Source of the DNA: an uncultured virus (IMG/VR IMGVR_UViG_3300031413_000586)
Taxonomy: Duplodnaviria > Heunggongvirae > Uroviricota > Caudoviricetes
Length of the DNA: 56,649 bases
Virus record (IMG/VR): IMGVR_UViG_3300031413_000586
Direction: 5' to 3' (one strand)
Part shown: one piece after another, positions 46,454 through 55,851 of the stretch
Position numbering within the stretch: position 1 is the stretch's first letter
Layout of the letters: every line of letters begins with the position of its first letter
Made by a program: the position numbers and the translations under genes
The notes under the pieces: model-generated
What the model was told of the DNA's origin: nothing
The model's input: only the letters and a program-made list of their open reading frames with translations
Databases searched by the model: none

Positions 46454-48145
46454 ATGATTAGTAAATTTATAACACAAGAACTTGATAATTTAACAGTTGA
46501 CATGGATACACGTTCTGCAATAGAACATATGGTTTTACAATCTTTATTTAAATATCCTTATTTTAAAGATTTACCCCAATTATTTTTATGTCAAGACATT
46601 AATGATAATTACTCATTTATCAATGGCCAATCAAGTGAAAAAGAAGACGCTCTTATTATAGGAGGCTATATATTAACAAAAGAAGAACAACAGATTATTT
46701 CAAAATTCAAAAATGATCTAGTGGCATCTTCCACTATTACTGATTTGATGGATTCGATTGATGAGAAAACTGTTCATGTATTAAATCGAATGTTTGGCAA
46801 TAACTCTAGCAGTGATAGTGTAGCATCCAAAATTGTATCCATGGTTTATTTGAAAAATGAAGTAGAAAAAAATAAAAATTATACATTTTCATATAAAACT
46901 TATTTTGCTGATTTTCCTATTAATTTTGGTATTAATAAAGCTATTGACGTTCAAAAATATCCCCCAATCATCATAAAACACCTTTTTCAAAGTGAACAGC
47001 CTTTAACCCAATTTGATATTGATTCAACGACTTTGAAACAATTGGCCGGTAAAGAAAATACTTTTTTGAAAAATATTATAATGAAACATCATAGTGGTGA
47101 AGGAGAAGGGGAGATTTTCACTGATCTCAGTCATGTTTTTAAAACACCTCAAATTAGAAATAATTCTACCATTGGTATTTTATTTGATCCAGATTTAACG
47201 GGTTATGAAAAAACATTTAAAATATATAATAATCTTTATTTCAAAGCAGACAAACAATCGTTGTTAAATGCTTTGGAATACAAACTGTCATATCCATCAC
47301 TTGAAGAAGTTCGTAAACCTTATGAATCCATAGTTGAACAGTTATTGAATAATATAGAGAAAAATTATCCTATCATCAATACGTTACGCCATGATAACTC
47401 TTTTACCGTAAAAGATATGGTATCGTATGATCAATCTCACGCTTATTCACAAATTTTTAAAAATCATGTCAATGAGTATAAAATATATGAAAAAAACCAA
47501 GACTTGTTAAATGGTCGAATGAATGGGTTATTTAATAAGATCTTTAATACAAATAGTTATAGTACATTAACATCATTTAATGAAGATAAAATTAATATAC
47601 CTTCAAAAGAGATGGTTCAATACCATAATGGAATTGAAGTAAAACTATTAATTAATCAATCAAAAACCGAATATAAGGTTGATGGTACATTTAAAAATAA
47701 TATTCCCAATATTGTAGTTATTGATACTATTGTGCAGGGGACTAATGACGCTGATATCAATTCCAATTTATTCAGACAGTATCTTGATAGTTTGGGAAAA
47801 GATAATAAAATTGCTATTCTGAATATTGATTCAAACAAAGTGACTTGGGATATAACAAATATGTTAACCAGTTTAGGAGAGCATCCAAATCTGAAAACCA
47901 CTGGATTCAATCATTTCGAAAAGGCAGTCAACGTTCTATCGGAAACATTACAAAAAACGGATAAAATTTTCAATAGCAAGGAATCGACTGACATCTTTTT
48001 ATTATCGCTTGAAAAATTTCATGAAATAAAAGAAAAGAATATTTATTATGCAGATGATATCGCCGCGTTCTTTCAAGAAAAGTCTTTTGAAATAATTGAT
48101 AGTTATTCTCCATTGATTAAGCAAAATCAAAAAAACCTTATTTAA
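46454..48145 (+). CDS. large hypothetical protein
   Basis: 563 aa ORF starting 3 nt after upstream gene. Confidence 0.7.
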   Translation: MISKFITQELDNLTVDMDTRSAIEHMVLQSLFKYPYFKDLPQLFLCQDINDNYSFINGQSSEKEDALIIGGYILTKEEQQIISKFKNDLVASSTITDLMDSIDEKTVHVLNRMFGNNSSSDSVASKIVSMVYLKNEVEKNKNYTFSYKTYFADFPINFGINKAIDVQKYPPIIIKHLFQSEQPLTQFDIDSTTLKQLAGKENTFLKNIIMKHHSGEGEGEIFTDLSHVFKTPQIRNNSTIGILFDPDLTGYEKTFKIYNNLYFKADKQSLLNALEYKLSYPSLEEVRKPYESIVEQLLNNIEKNYPIINTLRHDNSFTVKDMVSYDQSHAYSQIFKNHVNEYKIYEKNQDLLNGRMNGLFNKIFNTNSYSTLTSFNEDKINIPSKEMVQYHNGIEVKLLINQSKTEYKVDGTFKNNIPNIVVIDTIVQGTNDADINSNLFRQYLDSLGKDNKIAILNIDSNKVTWDITNMLTSLGEHPNLKTTGFNHFEKAVNVLSETLQKTDKIFNSKESTDIFLLSLEKFHEIKEKNIYYADDIAAFFQEKSFEIIDSYSPLIKQNQKNLI

Positions 48146-48261
48146 TAAAAACGATACTGCTATGAATAAGAGCTTTAATGCTCTTTTTTTATATGGGACT
48201 TTCATTGAAAGATCATAAAATAATGTTAAATTATAAATATAAAACAATAGGAGATTGTTGT

Positions 48262-50130
48262 ATGCAAGGTCATACTGCCTCACTTTTAAAAAGTCGTAAA
48301 TTTTTACCCTTATTTTTGACACAATTTTTTGGTGCTTTCAATGATAATATTTTTAAAAACGCTTTAATCATGATGATCGTTTTTAAACTGGCCACCGATA
48401 CCAACTTGTATGTAAACTTAGCAGCGGCTTTATTTATTCTTCCGTTCTTTTTGTTTTCTGCCGTTGCTGGTCAAATTGCTGATCGTTTCGAGAAATCATT
48501 TGTTATAAAAATAAGTAAGTTGGCTGAAATATTTATTATGGTGGCGGCAACTGTATGCTTTTATATCAATAGCATTAATGGTCTTATTGCTATTTTATTT
48601 TTAATGGGAACTCAATCAGCTTTTTTTGGACCTTTGAAATATAGTATTTTACCACAACATCTCCAAGAAAAAGAAATAATGGCCGCAAACGGTTTTATAG
48701 AAATGGGAACATTTCTGGCTATTTTGTTGGGCACTATGTTAGGCGTCACATTGATTGCTCAACAACAGGGTGAAGCCTTAATATCAGTGGTTATTTTAGC
48801 AATTTCATTAATGGGTTTTGTAACCAGTTTGTTTATTCCAAAAGCAGACTCCTTAAATAAATCCATTAAAATAAATTTTAATATTTTCACAGCAACAAGT
48901 GATGTATTCAAAGTTGTTAAAGAACAAAAGAACTCTGTTGTTATGTCAATCTTTGCCGTATCATGGTTCTGGTTTCTTGGAGCCGTTTACTTAACTCAAT
49001 TACCACAATTTGTAAAAAGTGAATTGGGTTACAGTGAATCTGTTGTGACCCTATTTTTAGTAGTTTTTTCTCTTGGTATTGGTTTGGGTTCCATGTTATG
49101 TGAACGTATCTCCAAAGACTATATTGAAGTTGGATTGGTCGCATTTGGTTCATTTGGCATCACATTGTTTGGCGTATTATTATTTGTTGAAGTACACACT
49201 TTTGATTCTTTATCACTGGTGGTCAATCATCAGCTTTTGTCACTTGAGCAATTTAAACAAGACCCACGAAGTGTTTATCTTTGTTGTTATCTTTTCTTCA
49301 TTGGACTATTTGGTGGTTTTTATACAGTGCCTTTATATGCCATGATTCAAACTAGAACCATTAAAGAACATATGTCACGTATTATTGCAGCCAATAATAT
49401 ATTGAATTCAATTTTTATGGTAGCTTCATCTATTATTGCTATCATACTATTGAAATTTCTGAGTATCAGTCAGTTATTCTTAGTTTTGTCTTTGTTCAAT
49501 TGGGTAGTGGCTTATTATATATATAAAAAGATTCCTGAATTCTATATTCGTTTTATAACGTGGTTTGTATTAACTTTTATGTATAGAATTAAAACCAACA
49601 ATTTAGCAAATGTTCCCAGTGAAGGAGCCGCTGTAATTGTAGCTAATCATGTAAGTTTTGTAGACGCCTTGTTATTAACCAGTGAAATAAAAAGACCACT
49701 TCGTTTTATCATGTATTACAAAATATTCAATATCCCCATTTTAAACTGGTTGTTTAGACAAATGGGTGCAATTCCAATTGCTGGTGTCAAAGAAGATCCA
49801 GCCGTTTTGGCAGAATGTTACGTCAAGATCAAAAAAGCCTTGGATAATGGTGAACTTGTTTGTATATTTCCAGAAGGTTTCATTACTCGTGATGGTGAAA
49901 TAAAGCCATTTAAAAGTGGGGTAGAAAAAATTATAGAAACAACACCTGTTCCTGTTATTCCAGTTGCTTTAAAAGGTATATATGGCAGTATGTTTAGCAG
50001 AAAGCACAAGATAAGATTACCTCGCAAATTTCTTGGTAGAATTACAGTTGAAATAGGAACTCCAATCCCTGCACAAGAATCCACCAAAAAAGTTCTTTAC
50101 GAAAAAGTTAAAGAGTTAATAGAAAAGTAA
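48262..50130 (+). CDS. MFS transporter fused to PlsC-type acyltransferase (LplT/Aas-like)
   Basis: TQFFGAFNDNIFKNA, AGQIADRFEK, many TM segments; NHVSFVD and IFPEG acyltransferase motifs. Confidence 0.92.
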   Translation: MQGHTASLLKSRKFLPLFLTQFFGAFNDNIFKNALIMMIVFKLATDTNLYVNLAAALFILPFFLFSAVAGQIADRFEKSFVIKISKLAEIFIMVAATVCFYINSINGLIAILFLMGTQSAFFGPLKYSILPQHLQEKEIMAANGFIEMGTFLAILLGTMLGVTLIAQQQGEALISVVILAISLMGFVTSLFIPKADSLNKSIKINFNIFTATSDVFKVVKEQKNSVVMSIFAVSWFWFLGAVYLTQLPQFVKSELGYSESVVTLFLVVFSLGIGLGSMLCERISKDYIEVGLVAFGSFGITLFGVLLFVEVHTFDSLSLVVNHQLLSLEQFKQDPRSVYLCCYLFFIGLFGGFYTVPLYAMIQTRTIKEHMSRIIAANNILNSIFMVASSIIAIILLKFLSISQLFLVLSLFNWVVAYYIYKKIPEFYIRFITWFVLTFMYRIKTNNLANVPSEGAAVIVANHVSFVDALLLTSEIKRPLRFIMYYKIFNIPILNWLFRQMGAIPIAGVKEDPAVLAECYVKIKKALDNGELVCIFPEGFITRDGEIKPFKSGVEKIIETTPVPVIPVALKGIYGSMFSRKHKIRLPRKFLGRITVEIGTPIPAQESTKKVLYEKVKELIEK

Positions 50131-50133
50131 ACT

Positions 50134-50156
50134 AAAGAACCTACGGGTTCTTTTTT
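50134..50156 (+). terminator. rho-independent terminator
   Basis: AAAGAACC-tacg-GGTTCTTTTTT. Confidence 0.8.
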
Positions 50157-50216
50157 GCTGTTTAAATATCCAATATTTATGATATAATAAGATTAAGACT
50201 AAAAAATGGAGACAAA

Positions 50217-51419
50217 ATGAATTATATTAGCAATAAAGAACTAGATAAATTACTTTTGGAAAATGAAGCCCAACATCTTCATTTCGAAAAAATGTCAATA
50301 GTTTATAATTATGCATTGGAAGATAACAAAGGAAATCATATTAACCAATCAAAGGTACAAGACGCTTATAAATTTAAAATAGATGGCAAAGATATGGTCG
50401 TAAGTATTGATAGATACAAGGATTATGCCCCAATGAATATGTTGATATCTATTAATGCTCCAGAAATTCTTGAAATAAAAAAATCAGAAGCTCAAATTTA
50501 TTCTGTCAATAAAGAATATGATCGTGTTTCTGAAATTATTCAAAAATCATTAGGCGGATGGATTAACGGTAGAGAAACAGCAAAAGCTTTCAATCAAAAT
50601 GAAGAGTTGAATACAGAATTTGCAAAACGTCTAGAAGATCTCCGCACTGAACATATGGCGGTATTTAAACACATTTTTGTTGAAAATATTAGTGAAATCA
50701 TTCAATCTAAAAAGCTCACAACAGAGACTCATGATGTGCTTGACAAATTAAGAGATAACTTTGAAAAAGCAGTCAAAGAAATTCGTCAACCATTAGATGA
50801 AATATATTCCAGTAAAGTAGCTTCTGAACGTAAAAATGCTTTGGAATCGTATAGAGTCAGACAGGAACAACAAGATCTTGATAATAAAATAACAAGTGAT
50901 TTAAAGAAACTGGTAGCGTTTAATGAAGTTAAAGACAGTTCATTAGAAAAATTTGGTTACTATGCGAAAATTGAAGTAGCTGAATCAAATATCACTGTCA
51001 AATTTTTGGACAAAGATAATAAATCATTGGATATTCTAGTATTGCCTTTAATATCAAAAGAAATTGATTTTTACAGTAAAGAGACAGGTGAGGCAGAATA
51101 TCTTCGTATCAGAATTATTGAGGATCAGGCATTTAAAGAAATCGATAAAATAATTCATAAAAAATACTACCATGCTTTGTATGATTTAAAATCCAGTATC
51201 ATTCTCAATGATAAGCATGATATTGCTCATTTTGATTATATAGTCAACAACAACTTTGATGATATACCACAAAATAAGGATGAAATTATTTTTGCTAATG
51301 ATTCAAATGCGTTGGCCAAAATTATGAAGGTAAACAATTCTAATGAAGTCAGATTGAATCTGGTCAATAGTGAAAAAGAAAAAGACTTTCCGACCCGCAG
51401 TACAAAACTAAAAATTTAA
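50217..51419 (+). CDS. hypothetical helical protein, basic tail
   Basis: 400 aa ORF, GGAG SD; ends TRSTKLKI. Confidence 0.7.
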   Translation: MNYISNKELDKLLLENEAQHLHFEKMSIVYNYALEDNKGNHINQSKVQDAYKFKIDGKDMVVSIDRYKDYAPMNMLISINAPEILEIKKSEAQIYSVNKEYDRVSEIIQKSLGGWINGRETAKAFNQNEELNTEFAKRLEDLRTEHMAVFKHIFVENISEIIQSKKLTTETHDVLDKLRDNFEKAVKEIRQPLDEIYSSKVASERKNALESYRVRQEQQDLDNKITSDLKKLVAFNEVKDSSLEKFGYYAKIEVAESNITVKFLDKDNKSLDILVLPLISKEIDFYSKETGEAEYLRIRIIEDQAFKEIDKIIHKKYYHALYDLKSSIILNDKHDIAHFDYIVNNNFDDIPQNKDEIIFANDSNALAKIMKVNNSNEVRLNLVNSEKEKDFPTRSTKLKI

Positions 51420-51424
51420 AATAT

Positions 51425-51454
51425 AAAAACCTCCTGACGGAGGTTTCTTTTTTT
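51425..51454 (+). terminator. rho-independent terminator
   Basis: AAACCTCC-tgac-GGAGGTTT followed by T-run. Confidence 0.8.
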
Positions 51455-51556
51455 AAGTCAAATTGACATAGATAAACTCTTCATTTGATGAGTAGTATGG
51501 ATAAAAGCACTAAAATGCTTTTAAATTATTGGGTAGTTCAATAAACCGATACTGCC

Positions 51557-51850
51557 TTATGCCTGAGCAATACTTTTAACACGAGATATTTCATCAATAA
51601 AAGACTTAGCTAAAGCACAGTTTTTAGTTATCACGACTTGATAACGCTCAATATCGACATTATTATCTTCCAATTCTTTAAAGCCTTCAAGCATCTTTGA
51701 ATAACTTTTTCCAACATTGATTGCTTTATCAAGAAATTGGAATAAATCGGCATTACGCACATCAGTTCTACAATTTCTTAAATAAATTATAGCTTTATTT
51801 AGCTCAGTATTTAAAATTTCAAACTCTCTAACATTTAAATTAACATTCAT
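51557..51850 (-). CDS. hypothetical protein
   Basis: About 97 aa ORF, AGGTG SD. Confidence 0.6.
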   Translation of the reverse strand: MNVNLNVREFEILNTELNKAIIYLRNCRTDVRNADLFQFLDKAINVGKSYSKMLEGFKELEDNNVDIERYQVVITKNCALAKSFIDEISRVKSIAQA

Positions 51851-52358
51851 AATTATCACCTAAAATATATTATTCACTAACTATTTCAGTATACCCCATC
51901 TTAAACAAATTTCAACTTTTTGTATTATTATAGTATTTTAAATATTAAAAATAAAACCTTATTGTTAAGGGATTTTTTAATAGTATTATTTAATAATAGC
52001 ATAAATTTATTCCTATTTTGATATACATCTTGCTATAAAAAGCTTATTCTTTTGGATAAGTAGAATTATTTAGATTTGTTAGAAAAAATACTCATTAAAA
52101 ACACATTTTTTAGAAAAAATGTTTCTCAAAATTAGAGTGCTTATGCTATTTATTATAACGTTGATGCATCCGGTAAGAATTGAGAACTCAAAATAATCAT
52201 TGGAGAAATAGATGTATTATTTTTTAAAAAATTTTTAATAATTTATAATCCATTTACTATCAAGAATATGAAAAAGATTTTAAATATTATTTAATTATTT
52301 ATAAAACGAAAAAAGTCTAGATACAAAAAAAACCATCTCTGGTTTTTTTTAATTTATA

Positions 52359-52580
52359 TTAATTGAATTTATTTTTATTTTTGTCGGTAGCTTTATTTTT
52401 CAATTTATCAGTAGGTTCGTCCAGAAATCTTGTCTTTATTAGTTCATCGATACTAAAAGAAACTTCATTGGCCTGAATAGATTTTAAATCCTTCAAGATA
52501 TCAGGAACGTTTAATTCTGTAAATTCAACAAGATTAGTCAAGATGTTTTTTGCTTCTGTGTTTAATAGTGTATTTGTCAT
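52359..52580 (-). CDS. small hypothetical protein, basic tail
   Basis: Start MTNTLL after AAGGA; ends KNKNKFN. Confidence 0.55.
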   Translation of the reverse strand: MTNTLLNTEAKNILTNLVEFTELNVPDILKDLKSIQANEVSFSIDELIKTRFLDEPTDKLKNKATDKNKNKFN

Positions 52581-52862
52581 GATCTTATAATCCTTGATTA
52601 TTATTGTATATTTTCTCATTCTAACATTGAAAATTATAATTAAAAGAGGAAAATATTAAAAAAAATGAAAAAAAAACTAAATATATCAAACGTTTATCAA
52701 CATTAGAGAGGACTGCTGTATAATTGTACAGTAAACTTCTGAAAAATAATCTTCTGACGAATAAAGAAATAAATCAATTACTTATAGGGTTTATTGAAAA
52801 AATTATTTGAAAATATTAAAGTAATATGATATAATTAGTCAGTTTTCAGGAGAAAAAATATT

Positions 52863-53732
52863 ATGATTCGTCTCGCTAGCGATTTACATTTGGAATTTCA
52901 TCTAGAGCAGTTCATTGCTGATAACGCTGACTATTCAAAAAAAATGGCGTCTACTATCATTCCAAACTTGCCTACTGATAAAGAAACTGTTTTGGTCTTG
53001 GCCGGTGACATAATTTTGATCAAAAATCTTGAAGTATATTTCAATTTCTTTGAAATCCTATCAGAGCAGTTTAAGGAAGTCTTATGGATTTTTGGTAATC
53101 ATGAATGGTTTAAAAATAAGATGAAGCCAGAAAGATTAATTGAAATAAAACAGAAGATGGCAGTTTTTAAAAATGTTCATGTACTTGAAAATGAGATTTT
53201 TGAGACCGAAAAATATCACTTTATTGCAACTACATTGTGGAGTGATATTAAGAAGGGTGATTATATGACTGCCTTAGATGTTGTTTCTGTTTCTTATGAT
53301 TTTAAGAAGATTGATTTTAAAGAAGGCCATCGTTATTCTAAATTACGTCCGCGTCATGTTACCAAAATGTTTATGGATAATGAGCGGTTTATTCGTGATG
53401 AATTATTAAAGATTAAAGATAGTCAAAAAATCAAGGTTGTTGTTACTCATCATCCACCTACAATTAAAGCTCTTACTGATAGAATGTTAGCAACACCTGA
53501 TTATTGGTCTGACTTTGGGAATGTTGATTTTGGATATTTGAAACAAGCCGGAATAGAACCTGATTTTTGGTTGCATGGCCATGTTCATGAAAGTCAACAT
53601 ATTCCAGAAGGTAAAACAATGATAATTAGTAATGCAAGAGGATATGATGAATTAACGGCATCTGGAAAACCTATGATAAATTCAAATTATACTGCTACAT
53701 TCATTATTAACCCAGATAATGAGAATAAATAA
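52863..53732 (+). CDS. calcineurin-like metallophosphoesterase
   Basis: SDLHLEF, LAGDI, FGNHE, VTHHPP, WLHGHVH. Confidence 0.9.
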   Translation: MIRLASDLHLEFHLEQFIADNADYSKKMASTIIPNLPTDKETVLVLAGDIILIKNLEVYFNFFEILSEQFKEVLWIFGNHEWFKNKMKPERLIEIKQKMAVFKNVHVLENEIFETEKYHFIATTLWSDIKKGDYMTALDVVSVSYDFKKIDFKEGHRYSKLRPRHVTKMFMDNERFIRDELLKIKDSQKIKVVVTHHPPTIKALTDRMLATPDYWSDFGNVDFGYLKQAGIEPDFWLHGHVHESQHIPEGKTMIISNARGYDELTASGKPMINSNYTATFIINPDNENK

Positions 53733-54195
53733 AAACGATATAGCTGTTTCCTGTTGATTGCTCAATAAAACAGCTATAGTTTTTTTTGTTATCTTCCGCA
53801 TAACTTTCGACAGTTTTATTTTTCATAACATCATTAATGGAAATTTCTTTATTTTTATTAGCTATTTTTTCATATTCTACACAATCTTTTTGACTTATAT
53901 TGCTGTTGTATAAGTATCTTTCACCTTGTGATGTTTTGGCATATACATAATCAACACCATTAATTTTAGGAGTTGTTTTATTGAAGATTCTTATATCATC
54001 AATTGAAGATATGTTAAAACCAAGACTATCAGCAGAAGAAATAATTGCACCAAAATCAATATATTGTTGCCCAATATTCATTGCAAGCTGTGTATTGGCT
54101 ATTCCCTTAAACGGCTTATCAATGTACATGATAGTTATTATTAAGAACGCACTGCTCAGTGCTATGGCTATGATTGAAACAAGTAATGAGAACAT
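53707..54195 (-). CDS. pilin-like protein
   Basis: N-terminal MFSLLVSIIAIALSSAFLIITIMY hydrophobic helix, then amphipathic helix and C-terminal Cys pair. Confidence 0.5.
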   Translation of the reverse strand: MFSLLVSIIAIALSSAFLIITIMYIDKPFKGIANTQLAMNIGQQYIDFGAIISSADSLGFNISSIDDIRIFNKTTPKINGVDYVYAKTSQGERYLYNSNISQKDCVEYEKIANKNKEISINDVMKNKTVESYAEDNKKNYSCFIEQSTGNSYIVFIYSHYLG

Positions 54196-54270
54196 GCTGT
54201 TTTTTATTATTATTATTTATATTTTATTGGCCAATGAACTAAAAGTCAAATAAAAAACCTCGTTAGAGGT

Positions 54271-54690
54271 TTATTGTGCATCGCTTAAAATATGACAAAG
54301 ATCAATAAGTTCTTCCAGAAACTCATTGACTTCCAAACGTTCATCTATGTTTTCAAATAATACTTCAATAATAGAGACCAGAAATGGATCTTCAATGTAA
54401 TAAGAATTAACTTCGTCAAACCTTTTTAATTTAAAAATAGGTGAAACATCTCGATGCGTTACTTCTGATAAGGGTTCCAGTAACTCTAAAATATCATGAA
54501 GTGATTCAGGTTGGTGGTTATCCTGCTCTAGGATAAGTTCTAATGCACTGGCATTGTCTGACCATTGATCCGCTGCGTCTTCCACACTCATCATACGATT
54601 GTATTCGTAAAAACCATTCTTGATAATTTGTGATTGAGAGCTTTTTACAGACTCAAATTCAAAATCATTAATTTCTCGTGAGACAGACAT
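54271..54690 (-). CDS. hypothetical acidic protein
   Basis: 139 aa ORF, GAGGA SD. Confidence 0.7.
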   Translation of the reverse strand: MSVSREINDFEFESVKSSQSQIIKNGFYEYNRMMSVEDAADQWSDNASALELILEQDNHQPESLHDILELLEPLSEVTHRDVSPIFKLKRFDEVNSYYIEDPFLVSIIEVLFENIDERLEVNEFLEELIDLCHILSDAQ

Positions 54691-54804
54691 ACTTCCTCCT
54701 ATTTAATTAAGCTCATTATTATCTTGTTGATTTTGTTTGTCAATAAGATATTGCAAAATTTTTTAGAAGATGTTATCATTGCCCTAAAATAAAGGTGTAA
54801 AGAC

Positions 54805-55176
54805 ATGATTAAATCAGATACATACTTCTCTAATAATTTAAAAATGACTGCTTCATTGGGTGGTGGATTCTCTTATTCTGATAGGCCGCTTATTAAAGAA
54901 ATGACACTTCAAGATGTAAAGGTCCAAAATGTTCAGTTATCAGTTAACCTTATAAAAGATGAAGATGCTCTCAGCCATAATAATTCTTTATTGTCAGCTT
55001 CCTTTAACCTTGAAAAAGTAATTTCTAGCTATGTAGATAAGGCTATTGATGATCCTGAACCTGATCTTATTAATGTACTATATACACGTCAAAGTTTAAT
55101 AAAGCTGAAAACACACATAACGAAACAACTGGCTAAATTGGAAGCCTATGAAGATGCATTGAGAGCTACTTTATGA
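54805..55176 (+). CDS. hypothetical protein
   Basis: 123 aa ORF, AAGGTG SD. Confidence 0.65.
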   Translation: MIKSDTYFSNNLKMTASLGGGFSYSDRPLIKEMTLQDVKVQNVQLSVNLIKDEDALSHNNSLLSASFNLEKVISSYVDKAIDDPEPDLINVLYTRQSLIKLKTHITKQLAKLEAYEDALRATL

Positions 55177-55793
55177 TTGATTCAAGCATTAAAAGAAATA
55201 TCATTTCACGGTTAAAAAATGATTTTGGATTGAAAAATGCAACAATACGTTACGTTTGCAAAAGTGGAAATACCATTTCCATGAAAATAGACAATCGTTT
55301 TTTTTCATTGAAACAAAGCATTAGATCAACAAATATCATCTTAGAGGACGGCTGTTTGATGGAACTTGGAGATTTAGCACAATATTCTAAATTAGTTAAT
55401 TTAGATTTAAAAGCAATCCAAGACATTTTAAAAATATCTTCTTGTTTTAAAACATGTTATTCTATTATAGGAATTGCAGGTTATCAAGGGATTTTTAATT
55501 TCATCAAGGTTTATATTCCTTTTGACAACACTCAAAAAATTCATTACTTTATTGATCATGAAATCAACAGTATCGGCATGTATTGTATTACGGACATTCC
55601 TGAAATTCAGCAAGATTTGGTTCGATTTAAAGAAAGCGTTATTCCAAAATCATATAGGCATTTTATAAAAGGTGATTGTCATTCTATTATAGAAAAGATT
55701 GAATCGATATTTATGGATATCTATAGAGAACAAGCTGATAACCCAACATTTATAGAGCAAGAATTTTTAGTAAAAAAAATGCTATATCTATAA
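55173..55793 (+). CDS. hypothetical protein, C-terminal M(-4) tag
   Basis: ATGA overlap; ends EFLVKKMLYL. Confidence 0.7.
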   Translation: MIDSSIKRNIISRLKNDFGLKNATIRYVCKSGNTISMKIDNRFFSLKQSIRSTNIILEDGCLMELGDLAQYSKLVNLDLKAIQDILKISSCFKTCYSIIGIAGYQGIFNFIKVYIPFDNTQKIHYFIDHEINSIGMYCITDIPEIQQDLVRFKESVIPKSYRHFIKGDCHSIIEKIESIFMDIYREQADNPTFIEQEFLVKKMLYL

Positions 55794-55851
55794 TAAGATT
55801 AAACAAGTAATAAAAAATTATAAAATGAACAGATATCTAGGAACGTAAAAT

